A stretch of 64,000 nt of DNA from Arenicellales bacterium. Lineage in GTDB: Bacteria > Pseudomonadota > Gammaproteobacteria > Arenicellales > Poriferihabitantaceae. The notes under the pieces were generated by a model that saw nothing but the letters and a program-made list of their open reading frames with translations, did not search any database and was not told the DNA's origin. How positions within the stretch are numbered: position 1 is the stretch's first letter; each line of letters begins with the position of its first letter. A program made the translations under genes and the position numbers. The stretch lies in assembly GCA_963457535.1 (NCBI GenBank), contig OY734803.1:1812977-1876976 (forward strand), read 5' to 3'. This document shows positions 1 to 8,899 of the stretch, one piece after another.

Positions 1-823
1 CCGGTTCGGACAGCACCGGCGTATACAGAAAATTTTCCCGCGCGCGCGCCCACTCTTCGGCGAGGGCGTGCATGTACACATCTTGTTCATCGCGCGCGCC
101 CCAAAAAAAATGAATGCGCCGCGCCGGGTCGGCCGCCAGCGCCTGTTCTATGAGCGCCTTGACCGGCGCGAAGCCGGTGCCGCCGGCCACCATAATCACC
201 GGGCGCGCCTCGTCTTCGCGCAAAAAATATGTGCCGAACGGCCCCTCAAAGCGAAGCAGATCGCGCTCGCGCATGGCGGCGAATACGCGCGGCGTAAAAC
301 GGCCGCCCGGCACATGACGAATGTGCAGTTCCAGGCCCTCCTCGCGCGCGCGCTCCGGCAAATTGGCCGCCGAAAAACTGCGGCGCTGGCCGTCCTTCAT
401 GATGATGTCGATATACTGCCCCGGAACAAAATTAAATTCCTGCGATTTCGGCGGCATCAAAAAAACGCGCATCACATCCTTCGCCGCTTTTTCCATCCGC
501 AGCACGCGGCACGGCAGCATGCGAATGCGAATGTCGGCGCCGGCCATGATCTCCTCGGCGTCTATGACCACATCCTCCAGCGGCACCGCCTGGCACAGCA
601 GCACCTTTCCCTGCGCGATTTCGCCCGCGCTCAGCGCGAACTCCTCGTATTCGCCGTAATCCACCTTGCCCGAAGCCAGCGTTGATTTGCACGCGCCGCA
701 CGCGCCGTTGCGGCAGCCGTAGGGAAACACGCGCTTGTCGCGCAGCGCCGCGTCGAGAATGGTCTCGCCCGGGTTGGCGGTGAACGCGCTTTGGTTGCGC
801 CGGTTGGTGACGGTGAAGGACAT
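1..823 (-). CDS. 2Fe-2S ferredoxin / FNR-type NAD(P)H-flavin oxidoreductase (AscD/Fre-like); the N-terminal part is in the window and the C-terminus runs off the left edge
   Basis: Not in the ORF track because no stop falls in the window. My reverse-complement translation from cat 821-823 gives MSFTVTNRRNQSAFTANPGETILDAALRDKRVFPYGCRNGACGACKSTLASGKV... This carries the plant-type C-x4-C-x2-C 2Fe-2S motif. It is followed by a flavin-binding-like RRSFS and the NAD-binding-like VIMVAGGTGFAPV. Confidence 0.8.
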   Translation of the reverse strand, partial: MSFTVTNRRNQSAFTANPGETILDAALRDKRVFPYGCRNGACGACKSTLASGKVDYGEYEEFALSAGEIAQGKVLLCQAVPLEDVVIDAEEIMAGADIRIRMLPCRVLRMEKAAKDVMRVFLMPPKSQEFNFVPGQYIDIIMKDGQRRSFSAANLPERAREEGLELHIRHVPGGRFTPRVFAAMRERDLLRFEGPFGTYFLREDEARPVIMVAGGTGFAPVKALIEQALAADPARRIHFFWGARDEQDVYMHALAEEWARARENFLYTPVLSEP

Positions 824-860
824 TCGGTTGTAGAATGCGCGCGAGGACGGATTGTATCGC

Positions 861-1673
861 ATGCCCGAACTTCCCGAAGTGGAAACCACGCTGAACGGCA
901 TTCGCCCCGATTTGCTTGGCGCAAAAATTCGGCTGGTGGTGCGCGAGCGGCGGTTGCGCTGGCCGATAGAGCCGCGGCTGGAGGCGAAGGTGCGCGGGCG
1001 GACGGTGACGCGCATGCGGCGGCGCGGAAAATACATGCTGCTCTATCTGGACCGCGGCGCGCTGCTGATGCACCTCGGCATGTCCGGCTCGTTTCGCACG
1101 CTCGCGCAGGGCGCGGCGGTCGCGCCGCATGACCATTACGACCTGCTCACCGACCGCGGCCGCGTGGTGCGCTACCGCGATCCGCGCCGCTTCGGCTGCC
1201 TGCTGTGGTGCGGCGGCGACCCAATGCAGCACGAGCGCATTCGCATGCTCGGCGTCGAGCCGCTGTCGGCCGAATTCAACGGCGCGTATTTGCGCGCGTC
1301 TTCGCGCGGCCGCACCTGCGCGGTAAAAATCCTGCTGATGAACGGCCGCGTGGTCACCGGCATCGGCAACATCTACGCGTCCGAGGCGCTTTTTGACGCC
1401 GGCATCCACCCGCTGCGCGCCTGCCACCGCATCAGCGAAGCGCGCTACCGCCGCCTGTGCGAGTCGGTGAAAAAAATCCTCGCGCGCGCCATCGCCCGCG
1501 GCGGCTCCACCATCCGCGACTTCTCCAACGCCGACGGCCTGCCCGGTTATTTTGAACAGGAATTGACGGTCTATGACCGCGAAGGCCAAACCTGTTTCCG
1601 CTGCCGCGGAAAAATCCGCTGCGAAACTGTCGGACAGCGCTCCACTTTCTTTTGCGGGAGGTGCCAGCGGTGA
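861..1673 (+). CDS. mutM: Formamidopyrimidine-DNA glycosylase (Fpg/MutM)
   Basis: ORF 852..1673 trimmed to ATG 861, so the protein begins MPELPEVETT (the catalytic Pro2 of Fpg). The C-terminal zinc finger is CFRCRGKIRCETVGQRSTFFCGRCQ. Confidence 0.95.
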   Translation: MPELPEVETTLNGIRPDLLGAKIRLVVRERRLRWPIEPRLEAKVRGRTVTRMRRRGKYMLLYLDRGALLMHLGMSGSFRTLAQGAAVAPHDHYDLLTDRGRVVRYRDPRRFGCLLWCGGDPMQHERIRMLGVEPLSAEFNGAYLRASSRGRTCAVKILLMNGRVVTGIGNIYASEALFDAGIHPLRACHRISEARYRRLCESVKKILARAIARGGSTIRDFSNADGLPGYFEQELTVYDREGQTCFRCRGKIRCETVGQRSTFFCGRCQR

Positions 1674-1701
1674 GCGGTTTGCAGAAACGCGGACATTGAT
1701 C

Positions 1702-1730
1702 TTGATAATGAGAAAAAATTCTGCTATAAT
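1702..1730 (+). promoter_or_regulatory. Near-consensus sigma70-type promoter for the low-GC two-gene islet
   Basis: TTGATA (1702-1707), a 17-nt spacer, then TATAAT (1725-1730). It lies about 35 nt upstream of the GGGAG Shine-Dalgarno (1758-1762) and ATG 1769. Confidence 0.6.
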
Positions 1731-1768
1731 TGCGGTTTCAATGAACTGGATCGCAATGGGAGATGAAC

Positions 1769-2536
1769 ATGAAACTTGCAGGTAATTATGATATTCGGGA
1801 ACTGCACGGTTTTCGCGAAGCAAACAACATCACGCAGTTTTGCGAATTCATGCGTCAACTGGACATGGAAAAGCTCAGCGATGCATATGAAGAGGAAAAA
1901 GCGCGCGCGCCTCGCCGCGAGAAATATTTTGTCGGCCACACCGGAAAACCCACCACTAGAAATGCAAAAAGCAACCGCCGTGAAGAACACTTGGCGATGG
2001 CGCTTTGTAATGATTTCGAAAAAAAGGGTGGAATCGAGCATGAGAAAATCTCCAAATTGGAGTTTTTGGATTATCAACTTCCGCTGACAGCGCGCGGAGG
2101 CGGCGTGGACTTCGGTGAGGTCGACCTCTTTGGCGTGATCGATGATGCGCACCCGTGCGTGGTCGAACTAAAAATCGGCAATGAAACGCCGTTGCGCGCG
2201 CTTCTGGAGGCGCTGGCGTATTGCGCCATTGTGGAAGCAAATATCGAAGACATCGCAAAGGAATCGCGAGTGAAATTCCGCGCGGAACAACCGCGGTTGC
2301 TCATTCTGGCGCCGAATCCGTACTGGCAAAAATTCATCGAAAAAAGCGCGGCCGGAAAGTGGCAGCCGGAGTTTGTGCGCTTTCTCCAAAGCATTCGCAA
2401 ACATATCGGTGTGCGCGTACATCTTGCCGCGTTGCCCGATGACATACTCTCCATGTTTTCCATGGGCGACAAAAATACGGAGCCCCGCTTGCGCTGCAAT
2501 AAGTGCATACTAAAATTCGTCCGGTTGGAGGTCTGA
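1769..2536 (+). CDS. Hypothetical protein with a PD-(D/E)XK-type nuclease signature (islet ORF1)
   Basis: ORF 1763..2536. ATG 1769 has GGGAG 6 nt upstream, whereas ATG 1763 abuts the SD. The region is visibly AT-richer than its flanks. The motif is GEVDLFGVIDDAHPCVVELKIG (D ... E-x-K). I do not recognise a named family. Confidence 0.7.
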   Translation: MKLAGNYDIRELHGFREANNITQFCEFMRQLDMEKLSDAYEEEKARAPRREKYFVGHTGKPTTRNAKSNRREEHLAMALCNDFEKKGGIEHEKISKLEFLDYQLPLTARGGGVDFGEVDLFGVIDDAHPCVVELKIGNETPLRALLEALAYCAIVEANIEDIAKESRVKFRAEQPRLLILAPNPYWQKFIEKSAAGKWQPEFVRFLQSIRKHIGVRVHLAALPDDILSMFSMGDKNTEPRLRCNKCILKFVRLEV

Positions 2537-2539
2537 AAA

Positions 2540-3456
2540 GTGAACTATCTGAACGAACAACTCTGGAATTACGCCGAGTCCGAGGGGCTGTTGCCGAAAC
2601 TCAACGAGCGTGTCCGCACAAATGAGCGGCCGCCCGTCTTCCAGCGGCAATATGCCGACCAAAACATTCTTCTCCCTCCGGATGCGGATGATGAGACGCG
2701 TTCCAAAGTGGTCTGCGGGGTGTCGCGGCGCAAGCGGCATTCGAAGTTTTGCAGCATGAAAAGTTCGCAGGCATTGGCACAGTCGGTTTTTGCAAACCTC
2801 GTCGCAAGCGGCGATTTGCATGTACTGAATGATTTGGTAGCGGACCGGGGTTTGCCCGCGTTTGGTGTCGATTTGGGTGGCGCGAAAGTGCAGCTGGAAT
2901 ACGCTGTCGGCCACTTGGGGGAACCGACCCAGTCCCGGACATCTATAGATGTGTTCATCAGCGGTGAGCGCCGCGTCGCGGTTGAATGCAAACTTACCGA
3001 ACAAAAGTTTGATAAGTGTTCGCGGGTGCGGGAAAAAAAATGTGATGGAAACTACGCGCGGCAGCGCGGCCGGAAAGAACGCTGCTACTTGAGCGAACGA
3101 AACATCCTCTACTGGAAATACGCGCCGGATTTTTTCATTTGGAAAAACGACCGCGACATTTTCCCGTGCCCGCTGCGCTTCACCTATCAGATCGCGAGGA
3201 ATCTGCTGGCCGCCGGCGTACTTGAGAATGGCTCGGTTGCCGCCGATTCCTCCCATGCACTGATCATTTATGATGAGCGCAACCCGGAGTTTGGCGGCGG
3301 CGGAAAGTGCCGCGGACAATTTGACGCCGCCTGCAATGCGCTTAAAATTCCGTCAATGCTGCGTTTATGCAGTTGGCAGTCCGTGACCGGGGAACTTGCG
3401 AAAAATGCATCCACCAAATGGCTGGCGGCGCAACTGCAAAACAAATACGGCTTTTA

Positions 3457-3457
<1 letters not shown>
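2540..3457 (+). CDS. Hypothetical protein with a PD-(D/E)XK-type nuclease signature plus a Cys-rich segment (islet ORF2)
   Basis: ORF 2540..3457 has a GTG start with GGAGG (2527-2531) 8 nt upstream, lying inside the end of ORF1. The motif is TSIDVFISGERRVAVECKLTE, followed by CSRVREKKCDGNY..ERCYL..CPL. The stop TAA (3455-3457) overlaps the next gene's ATG. Confidence 0.7.
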
Positions 3458-4368
<911 letters not shown>

Positions 4369-4413
4369 CGCGCGCAAAAAAATTCCCGCCGGAAAAGTCA
4401 TGACGGGGAAGCG

Positions 4414-5949
4414 GTGAAAGGCGCGGTCGCCGCCGGCCACCGGCTGACCGCCGAGGCCGCCGCCGAAATGCTGCGCACCGGCGGCAACGCGTTTGACGCG
4501 GCGATCGCCGGCTTTTTTGCGGCATGCGTTGCCGAGCCGGTGCTCGCTTCGCCGGGCGGCGGCGGGTATTTGCTCGCGCGGGACGCGCGCGGGCGGGCGC
4601 GCATGTTTGATTTTTTCGCGCACACTCCGCGCGCCAAGCCGGACGCGCGCGGCCGCGAGTTGGATTTCTTTTCGGTCACCGTGGATTTCGGCGCGGCGCA
4701 GCAGGAGTTTCACATCGGCCTCGGCTCCTGCGCGGCGCCCGGCGCGGTGCGCGGTATGTTCGGCGCGCACCGCGAACTCGGCACGCTGCCGATGACCGAG
4801 TTGGTTCGCCCGGCGGCCGAAATGGCGCGCGCCGGCGTTGAGGTCAACGCGTTTCAATCCTATCTGGTGGAATTGGTTGGCCCGATTTTTCGCAGCGAGT
4901 CGGTGTTCCCGCTTTTTCAAAGCGCGAGTTGCCCCGGCGAATTGGCGCAGCCGGGCGACATGTTTACCAACCCGCAACTCGCCGACTTTTTGGAAACGCT
5001 GGCGCGCGAGGGCGAGGCGTTTTTTTACGAAGGGGAAATCGCGGCCGCGGTCGCCGAGCAATGCCGCGACCGCGGCTTTTTGACGCGCGCCGACATGCGC
5101 GCATATCAAACCCGCATGCGCGCGCCGCTGGAAATTGCATACCACGGCCGCCGCCTGCTGACCAACCCGGCGCCGAGCGCCGGCGGTTTGCTGGTCGCTT
5201 TCGGATTGGAATTGCTGAAGCAGTCCGGCCTCGGCGCGGACGGGCACGGCGGCGGCGCGCATTGCCGCGCGCTCTCCGCCGCGCTGCGCGCGACCTGCGA
5301 GGCGCGCAGCCGGCATTTTTCCGACGGCCCCAGCGACGAATTGCTGCACCCGGAATTGCTCGCGCAATACCGCCGCAAAGTGCCGCCGCCCGGTTCGGCG
5401 CTGCGCGCCGCGCGCGGCACCACGCACATCAGCGCGATGGATTCGGCGAACAACACCGCCTCGCTCACGGTCTCCAACGGCGAAGGCTGCGGCATTCTGT
5501 TGCCCGGCGCCGGTTTCATGCTGAACAACATGCTCGGCGAAGAGGACTTAAACCCCGGCGGTTTTCACCGCTGGCGGCCGAACCGGCGCATGTCTTCCAT
5601 GATGGCGCCGGGAATTTTGCTGGGGAACGATTATGAGGCCGCGCTCGGCTCGGGCGGCTCCAACCGCATTCGCAGCGCGATTTTGCAGGTGGTCAGCAAC
5701 CTCGTAGATTTCGGCATGGAATTGCCCGAGGCGCTGGCCGCGCCGCGCATGCACATTGAAAATGACGCGTTGTATCTGGAATCCGGAATGCCGGCGCAGC
5801 GCGAAATGCAAAATGCGTTTCCGAATCATCGCGTGTTTGAAGAGCCGAACATGTTTTTCGGCGGCGTGCATGTCGCCGAACGCAAAGCGGGCGAAAAAAT
5901 ATCCGCGCTCGGCGACCCGCGCCGCGACGGCGTCGGCGTTATCGTGTAG
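4414..5949 (+). CDS. ggt: Gamma-glutamyltransferase family protein
   Basis: ORF 4414..5949 (GTG start). GGT-family features: N-terminal AGHRLTAEAAAEMLRTGGNAFDAAIA, the autoprocessing site RGTTHISAMD, and GGSNRIRSAILQ. No obvious signal peptide. Confidence 0.85.
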   Translation: MKGAVAAGHRLTAEAAAEMLRTGGNAFDAAIAGFFAACVAEPVLASPGGGGYLLARDARGRARMFDFFAHTPRAKPDARGRELDFFSVTVDFGAAQQEFHIGLGSCAAPGAVRGMFGAHRELGTLPMTELVRPAAEMARAGVEVNAFQSYLVELVGPIFRSESVFPLFQSASCPGELAQPGDMFTNPQLADFLETLAREGEAFFYEGEIAAAVAEQCRDRGFLTRADMRAYQTRMRAPLEIAYHGRRLLTNPAPSAGGLLVAFGLELLKQSGLGADGHGGGAHCRALSAALRATCEARSRHFSDGPSDELLHPELLAQYRRKVPPPGSALRAARGTTHISAMDSANNTASLTVSNGEGCGILLPGAGFMLNNMLGEEDLNPGGFHRWRPNRRMSSMMAPGILLGNDYEAALGSGGSNRIRSAILQVVSNLVDFGMELPEALAAPRMHIENDALYLESGMPAQREMQNAFPNHRVFEEPNMFFGGVHVAERKAGEKISALGDPRRDGVGVIV

Positions 5950-5987
5950 CGGAGGAATGTTTCGGCGGGAGCGGGTATTATCGGTTT

Positions 5988-6707
5988 ATGCGTGAAATTG
6001 GCAACAACCGTGAGCGAAAGATGCGCGGCGGGCGCGCGGCGGCGGTGATGCTTGCCGCATTTTTTGCGGGGGGCGCATGGGCGCAAACTCCGGCGCCGAC
6101 GCTGAGCTCCCTTGTGGTTGCTGATCCGCATGGCAAGGTTCTGAGCACCGGCACGGGTTCGACCATCATTGTAAGCGGCATCACTTTTCCATATGTATTT
6201 GTGACGGCGACCGCATCCGATGCGGATGCAACCATCATTCTGCAAGTCACGCCCACACTATCCATTCCTCTTCCATCGGGTGTTGCAGTGAAGGTTCGTT
6301 TTATCCGCGGGGTCAGAACTCGCGTGGTTCGTGTGTCCAAATCCGGCGCCACAAGAGACTATACGTTGGTCCTCATTCGCCACGGCGATGGTCACTCCGA
6401 CGACCCGACGAGTTTCCGCGCAACCGCGGACCGCGGCTCCATCGATCTCGCTTGGGATCCGCCGACCGACACCAACGGCACGGACATCATCGGCTACAAA
6501 GTCCGCTGGAAAACGGCGGATGCGAGCGCAACGTATTCCAACACCGGCGGCAAAGCCGGCGCCGATATTCCCGGCGGAGCGTCCGCAAGGACGCACACGA
6601 TTCCCGAACTCACCGCCGGCACCACCTACGAAGTCCAAGTCGCCGCGGCGAACACTTTCGGCACCGGCGGCTGGCTGATTCGCAGCGCGCCGTTCCGAGG
6701 GAGGTAA
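5988..6707 (+). CDS. Secreted cadherin-like / Fn3 / dockerin-like protein, upstream frame segment (gene split by a frame change near 6675)
   Basis: ORF 5988..6707. An alternative ATG at 6021 gives the signal-peptide-like MRGGRAAAVMLAAFFAGGAWA/QT. A beta-sandwich segment is followed by an Fn3 domain (SIDLAWDPPTDTNGTDIIGYKVRW...TTYEVQVAAANTFGTGGW). The frame then ends in RSAPFRGR*, while the domain continues in another frame. Confidence 0.75.
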   Translation: MREIGNNRERKMRGGRAAAVMLAAFFAGGAWAQTPAPTLSSLVVADPHGKVLSTGTGSTIIVSGITFPYVFVTATASDADATIILQVTPTLSIPLPSGVAVKVRFIRGVRTRVVRVSKSGATRDYTLVLIRHGDGHSDDPTSFRATADRGSIDLAWDPPTDTNGTDIIGYKVRWKTADASATYSNTGGKAGADIPGGASARTHTIPELTAGTTYEVQVAAANTFGTGGWLIRSAPFRGR

Positions 6708-7663
6708 TACCGCCTTTGGCGGCAACCGATTTGTCGGCGGCGTGGGGGGACGGCGTGTTGACGCTTTCATGGACGGCGCCGGCCGACGACGGCGGCAAGG
6801 CGATCACCGGCTACCGCTACCGCTGGTCAAATGACAACGACGACAGCGATTGGGAGCACACTCCGTCTTCGGGCCGCGCCGCCGAGGATGGGCTGGACAT
6901 TCCAAACAGCGCAAATGCCGCCGAATATATTTTGTCCTCGCTGACCAACGGCGTGAATTACCAGGTGCAAATCGCCGCGGTCAATGCCCTCGGTGTCGGA
7001 CAGTGGACGGCATCGGCGGCCGGCAGACCCCTCGCCGCGCCCGGCGTTCCGAGGCAACTGCAAGCCGCGGCGACCGACGGCGCGCTGCTTGCAATGTGGA
7101 TGCCGCCGGCCGACGGCGGCGGCGCCGCCGACGGCGAATTGACCTACAGCGTGCGCTGGCGCGCCGCAGCCGACGCCAACTACGACTTCGCCGATACCGC
7201 GGAGACCGCGGGCGGCGCGGTCTCCTATCGCATCGCGAGTCTGACCAACGGCACAACTTATGCGGTCCAAGTGCGCGCACAATTCACCGGCGGCATGAGC
7301 GATTGGAGCGCCGAAGCGCAGGGCGCTCCCGTGGCGTTTCACATTGACTTGGACGACGATTCCGACGCCGACTGGATTGACGGCGTCGTTGTCACGCGTT
7401 ATCTGCTCGGTCTGCGCGGCGCCGACCTGATTGCAAACCTGTCCGGCTTGGACGCCGACGACGCAACGCGCATCACCGCGCACTTGGACGCAAACCGCGG
7501 CGCGCTGGATGTGGACGCTTCCGGTGCGGTTACTCCGGCCGACGGCATCCTCATCGCGCGCCACTTGATGGATGTTACCGACAACGCCGAACTCCTGGAC
7601 GGTCAAACCGCCGCCACCGACGCGGACGCGGTGAAAGCGGCGATAGACGCGCTAAAGCCGTAG
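6677..7663 (+). CDS. Same gene, downstream frame segment: two Fn3 domains plus a C-terminal dockerin-like module
   Basis: This is the frame of ORF 6452..7663; meaningful protein starts about 6677 (DSQRAVPREVIPPLAATDLSAAWGDGVLTLSWTAPADDGGKAITGYRYRW...). The C-terminus is DADWIDGVVVTRYLLGLRG ... DVDASGAVTPADGILIARHLMDV. Confidence 0.75.
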   Translation, partial: DSQRAVPREVIPPLAATDLSAAWGDGVLTLSWTAPADDGGKAITGYRYRWSNDNDDSDWEHTPSSGRAAEDGLDIPNSANAAEYILSSLTNGVNYQVQIAAVNALGVGQWTASAAGRPLAAPGVPRQLQAAATDGALLAMWMPPADGGGAADGELTYSVRWRAAADANYDFADTAETAGGAVSYRIASLTNGTTYAVQVRAQFTGGMSDWSAEAQGAPVAFHIDLDDDSDADWIDGVVVTRYLLGLRGADLIANLSGLDADDATRITAHLDANRGALDVDASGAVTPADGILIARHLMDVTDNAELLDGQTAATDADAVKAAIDALKP

Positions 7664-7691
7664 CGCCCGAATGGAAGGCGGTTTTGCGCGG

Positions 7692-8792
7692 TTATAAAAA
7701 CGGCAACTCTACCACATCCGCGCCGATTTCGTCGCCGTCCTTGAGCACTTCCACGCGCGCGCCCGGAAGGATGTCGCGCGCCAGCAGGGCGAAGCCGATG
7801 TTGCGTTTCAGGCGCGGCGACCAGGTGCCGCAGGTCATGTCGCCGACGTGTTTTGATTCGCGCCGCACCGAATACCACAGCGCATGCGGCGGTGACGGTT
7901 CGTCGCCGTCCAGCAGCAGGCCGAGTTGGTGGCGCGCCGCGCCGCGCGCGTGGATTTCGCGGAGCGCTTTGATGCCGATTACCTCGTCGCCGACATCCAG
8001 ATCCACATATTTGCCGAGGCGCACTTCATACGGGTTGGTCGCGTCGTCGGTGTCGCCGCCCCAGGACAAAAGGCCGCTTTCAATGCGCTCGGTGCCGTTG
8101 GGGTAGCCGGGCCCGATGTCCCACGGCCGCCCGGCCTCGCTCACCAAATTCCACAACTCGCCGCCGCGCGAACCGTCCGTCAGATACAACTCAAAGCCGC
8201 CCTGCTTGGACCAGCCGGAGCGCGCCACGATGAGCGGAATGCCGCCGGCCTGTGTTTCGCGAAACGCGAAAAATTTTAATTCGCGCACCCAGTCGCCGAA
8301 AATCGCAGCGGCAACTTCCTCGGCCTTCGGCCCTTGCAGCGCGAGCGGCGAAACATCCGGCTCAAAGACGCGCGCGTTCAATCCGCGCTCGGCGGCGACC
8401 GCGCGCGCCCAGAAGAGAATGTCGGAATCGGCGATGGAAAGCCAGTAGCGGTCGTCCGCCAATTTCAGCAGCACCGGGTCGTTGATCAGCACGCCGTTGT
8501 GGCTGCATAGCGGGGCGTATTTTCCGCGCCCGGCCTCGGTGGTGGAGAGGTCGCGCGTCGTCAAAATTTGCGCGAGGCGGCCGGCGTCGGCGCCGCGCAA
8601 TTCCACCTGCCGCTGCACCGCCACATCCCACATGGAAACGCCGCGCAACAAGCGCCAGTATTCGGCCTCGGCGTCGCCGTAGCCGCACGGCAGCAGCATG
8701 CGGTTGTAGACGCTGAACACTTCGGCGCCGGCGGCGATGGTCGCGTCGTAAAACGGCGAGCAGCGCAGGCGGGTTGTTTGAAAAATTTCCAA
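7692..8792 (-). CDS. Aminomethyltransferase-fold protein (GcvT family; possibly DmdA-like)
   Basis: ORF 7692..8792 has a TTG start 18 nt from the tRNA-Pro 3' end. GcvT-family-like strings include SVYNRMLLP, WDVAVQRQVELRG, PLALQGPKAEEV and ARSGWSKQGGFELY. No gcvH or gcvP is adjacent. Confidence 0.75.
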   Translation of the reverse strand: MEIFQTTRLRCSPFYDATIAAGAEVFSVYNRMLLPCGYGDAEAEYWRLLRGVSMWDVAVQRQVELRGADAGRLAQILTTRDLSTTEAGRGKYAPLCSHNGVLINDPVLLKLADDRYWLSIADSDILFWARAVAAERGLNARVFEPDVSPLALQGPKAEEVAAAIFGDWVRELKFFAFRETQAGGIPLIVARSGWSKQGGFELYLTDGSRGGELWNLVSEAGRPWDIGPGYPNGTERIESGLLSWGGDTDDATNPYEVRLGKYVDLDVGDEVIGIKALREIHARGAARHQLGLLLDGDEPSPPHALWYSVRRESKHVGDMTCGTWSPRLKRNIGFALLARDILPGARVEVLKDGDEIGADVVELPFL

Positions 8793-8810
8793 GGCGGTTG
8801 CGGTGGACGC

Positions 8811-8887
8811 TGGTCGGGGTGAGAGGATTTGAACCTCCGGCCCCTGCCTCCCGAAGGCAGTGCTCTACCAGTCTGAGCTACACCCCG
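8811..8887 (-). tRNA. tRNA-Pro (anticodon CGG)
   Basis: The reverse complement folds as a cloverleaf: CGGGGTG TA GCTC AGACTGGTA GAGC A CTGCC TTCGGGA GGCAG GGGCC GGAGG TTCAAAT CCTCT CACCCCG A CCA. The anticodon loop is TT-CGG-GA and the CCA end is encoded. Confidence 0.93.
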
Positions 8888-8899
8888 TTGTCGTGCCGT

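Noticed and set aside
432-1823. A 463-aa minus-strand ORF spanning mutM and the reductase start.
   Set aside because: It is antisense to mutM and out of frame with the real reductase CDS (which starts at 823). The sequence is low-complexity and Arg/Ala-rich.
6675-6677. Programmed -1 ribosomal frameshifting as the explanation for the two split surface-protein genes (also at about 29526).
   Set aside because: Both shifts are -1 and give seamless domain continuity. However, neither site has an X-XXY-YYZ slippery heptamer, a homopolymer or an obvious downstream structure. A 1-nt deletion or sequencing indel is the simpler explanation. The point is kept as a note under the frameshift findings.
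8811-8887. The tRNA-Pro and tRNA-Ser (17648-17735) as integration sites of a genomic island or prophage.
   Set aside because: There is no integrase, no direct repeat of the tRNA 3' end, and no phage or transposase genes nearby. The flanking genes are housekeeping genes or the surface-protein gene, without att-like duplication that I can see.
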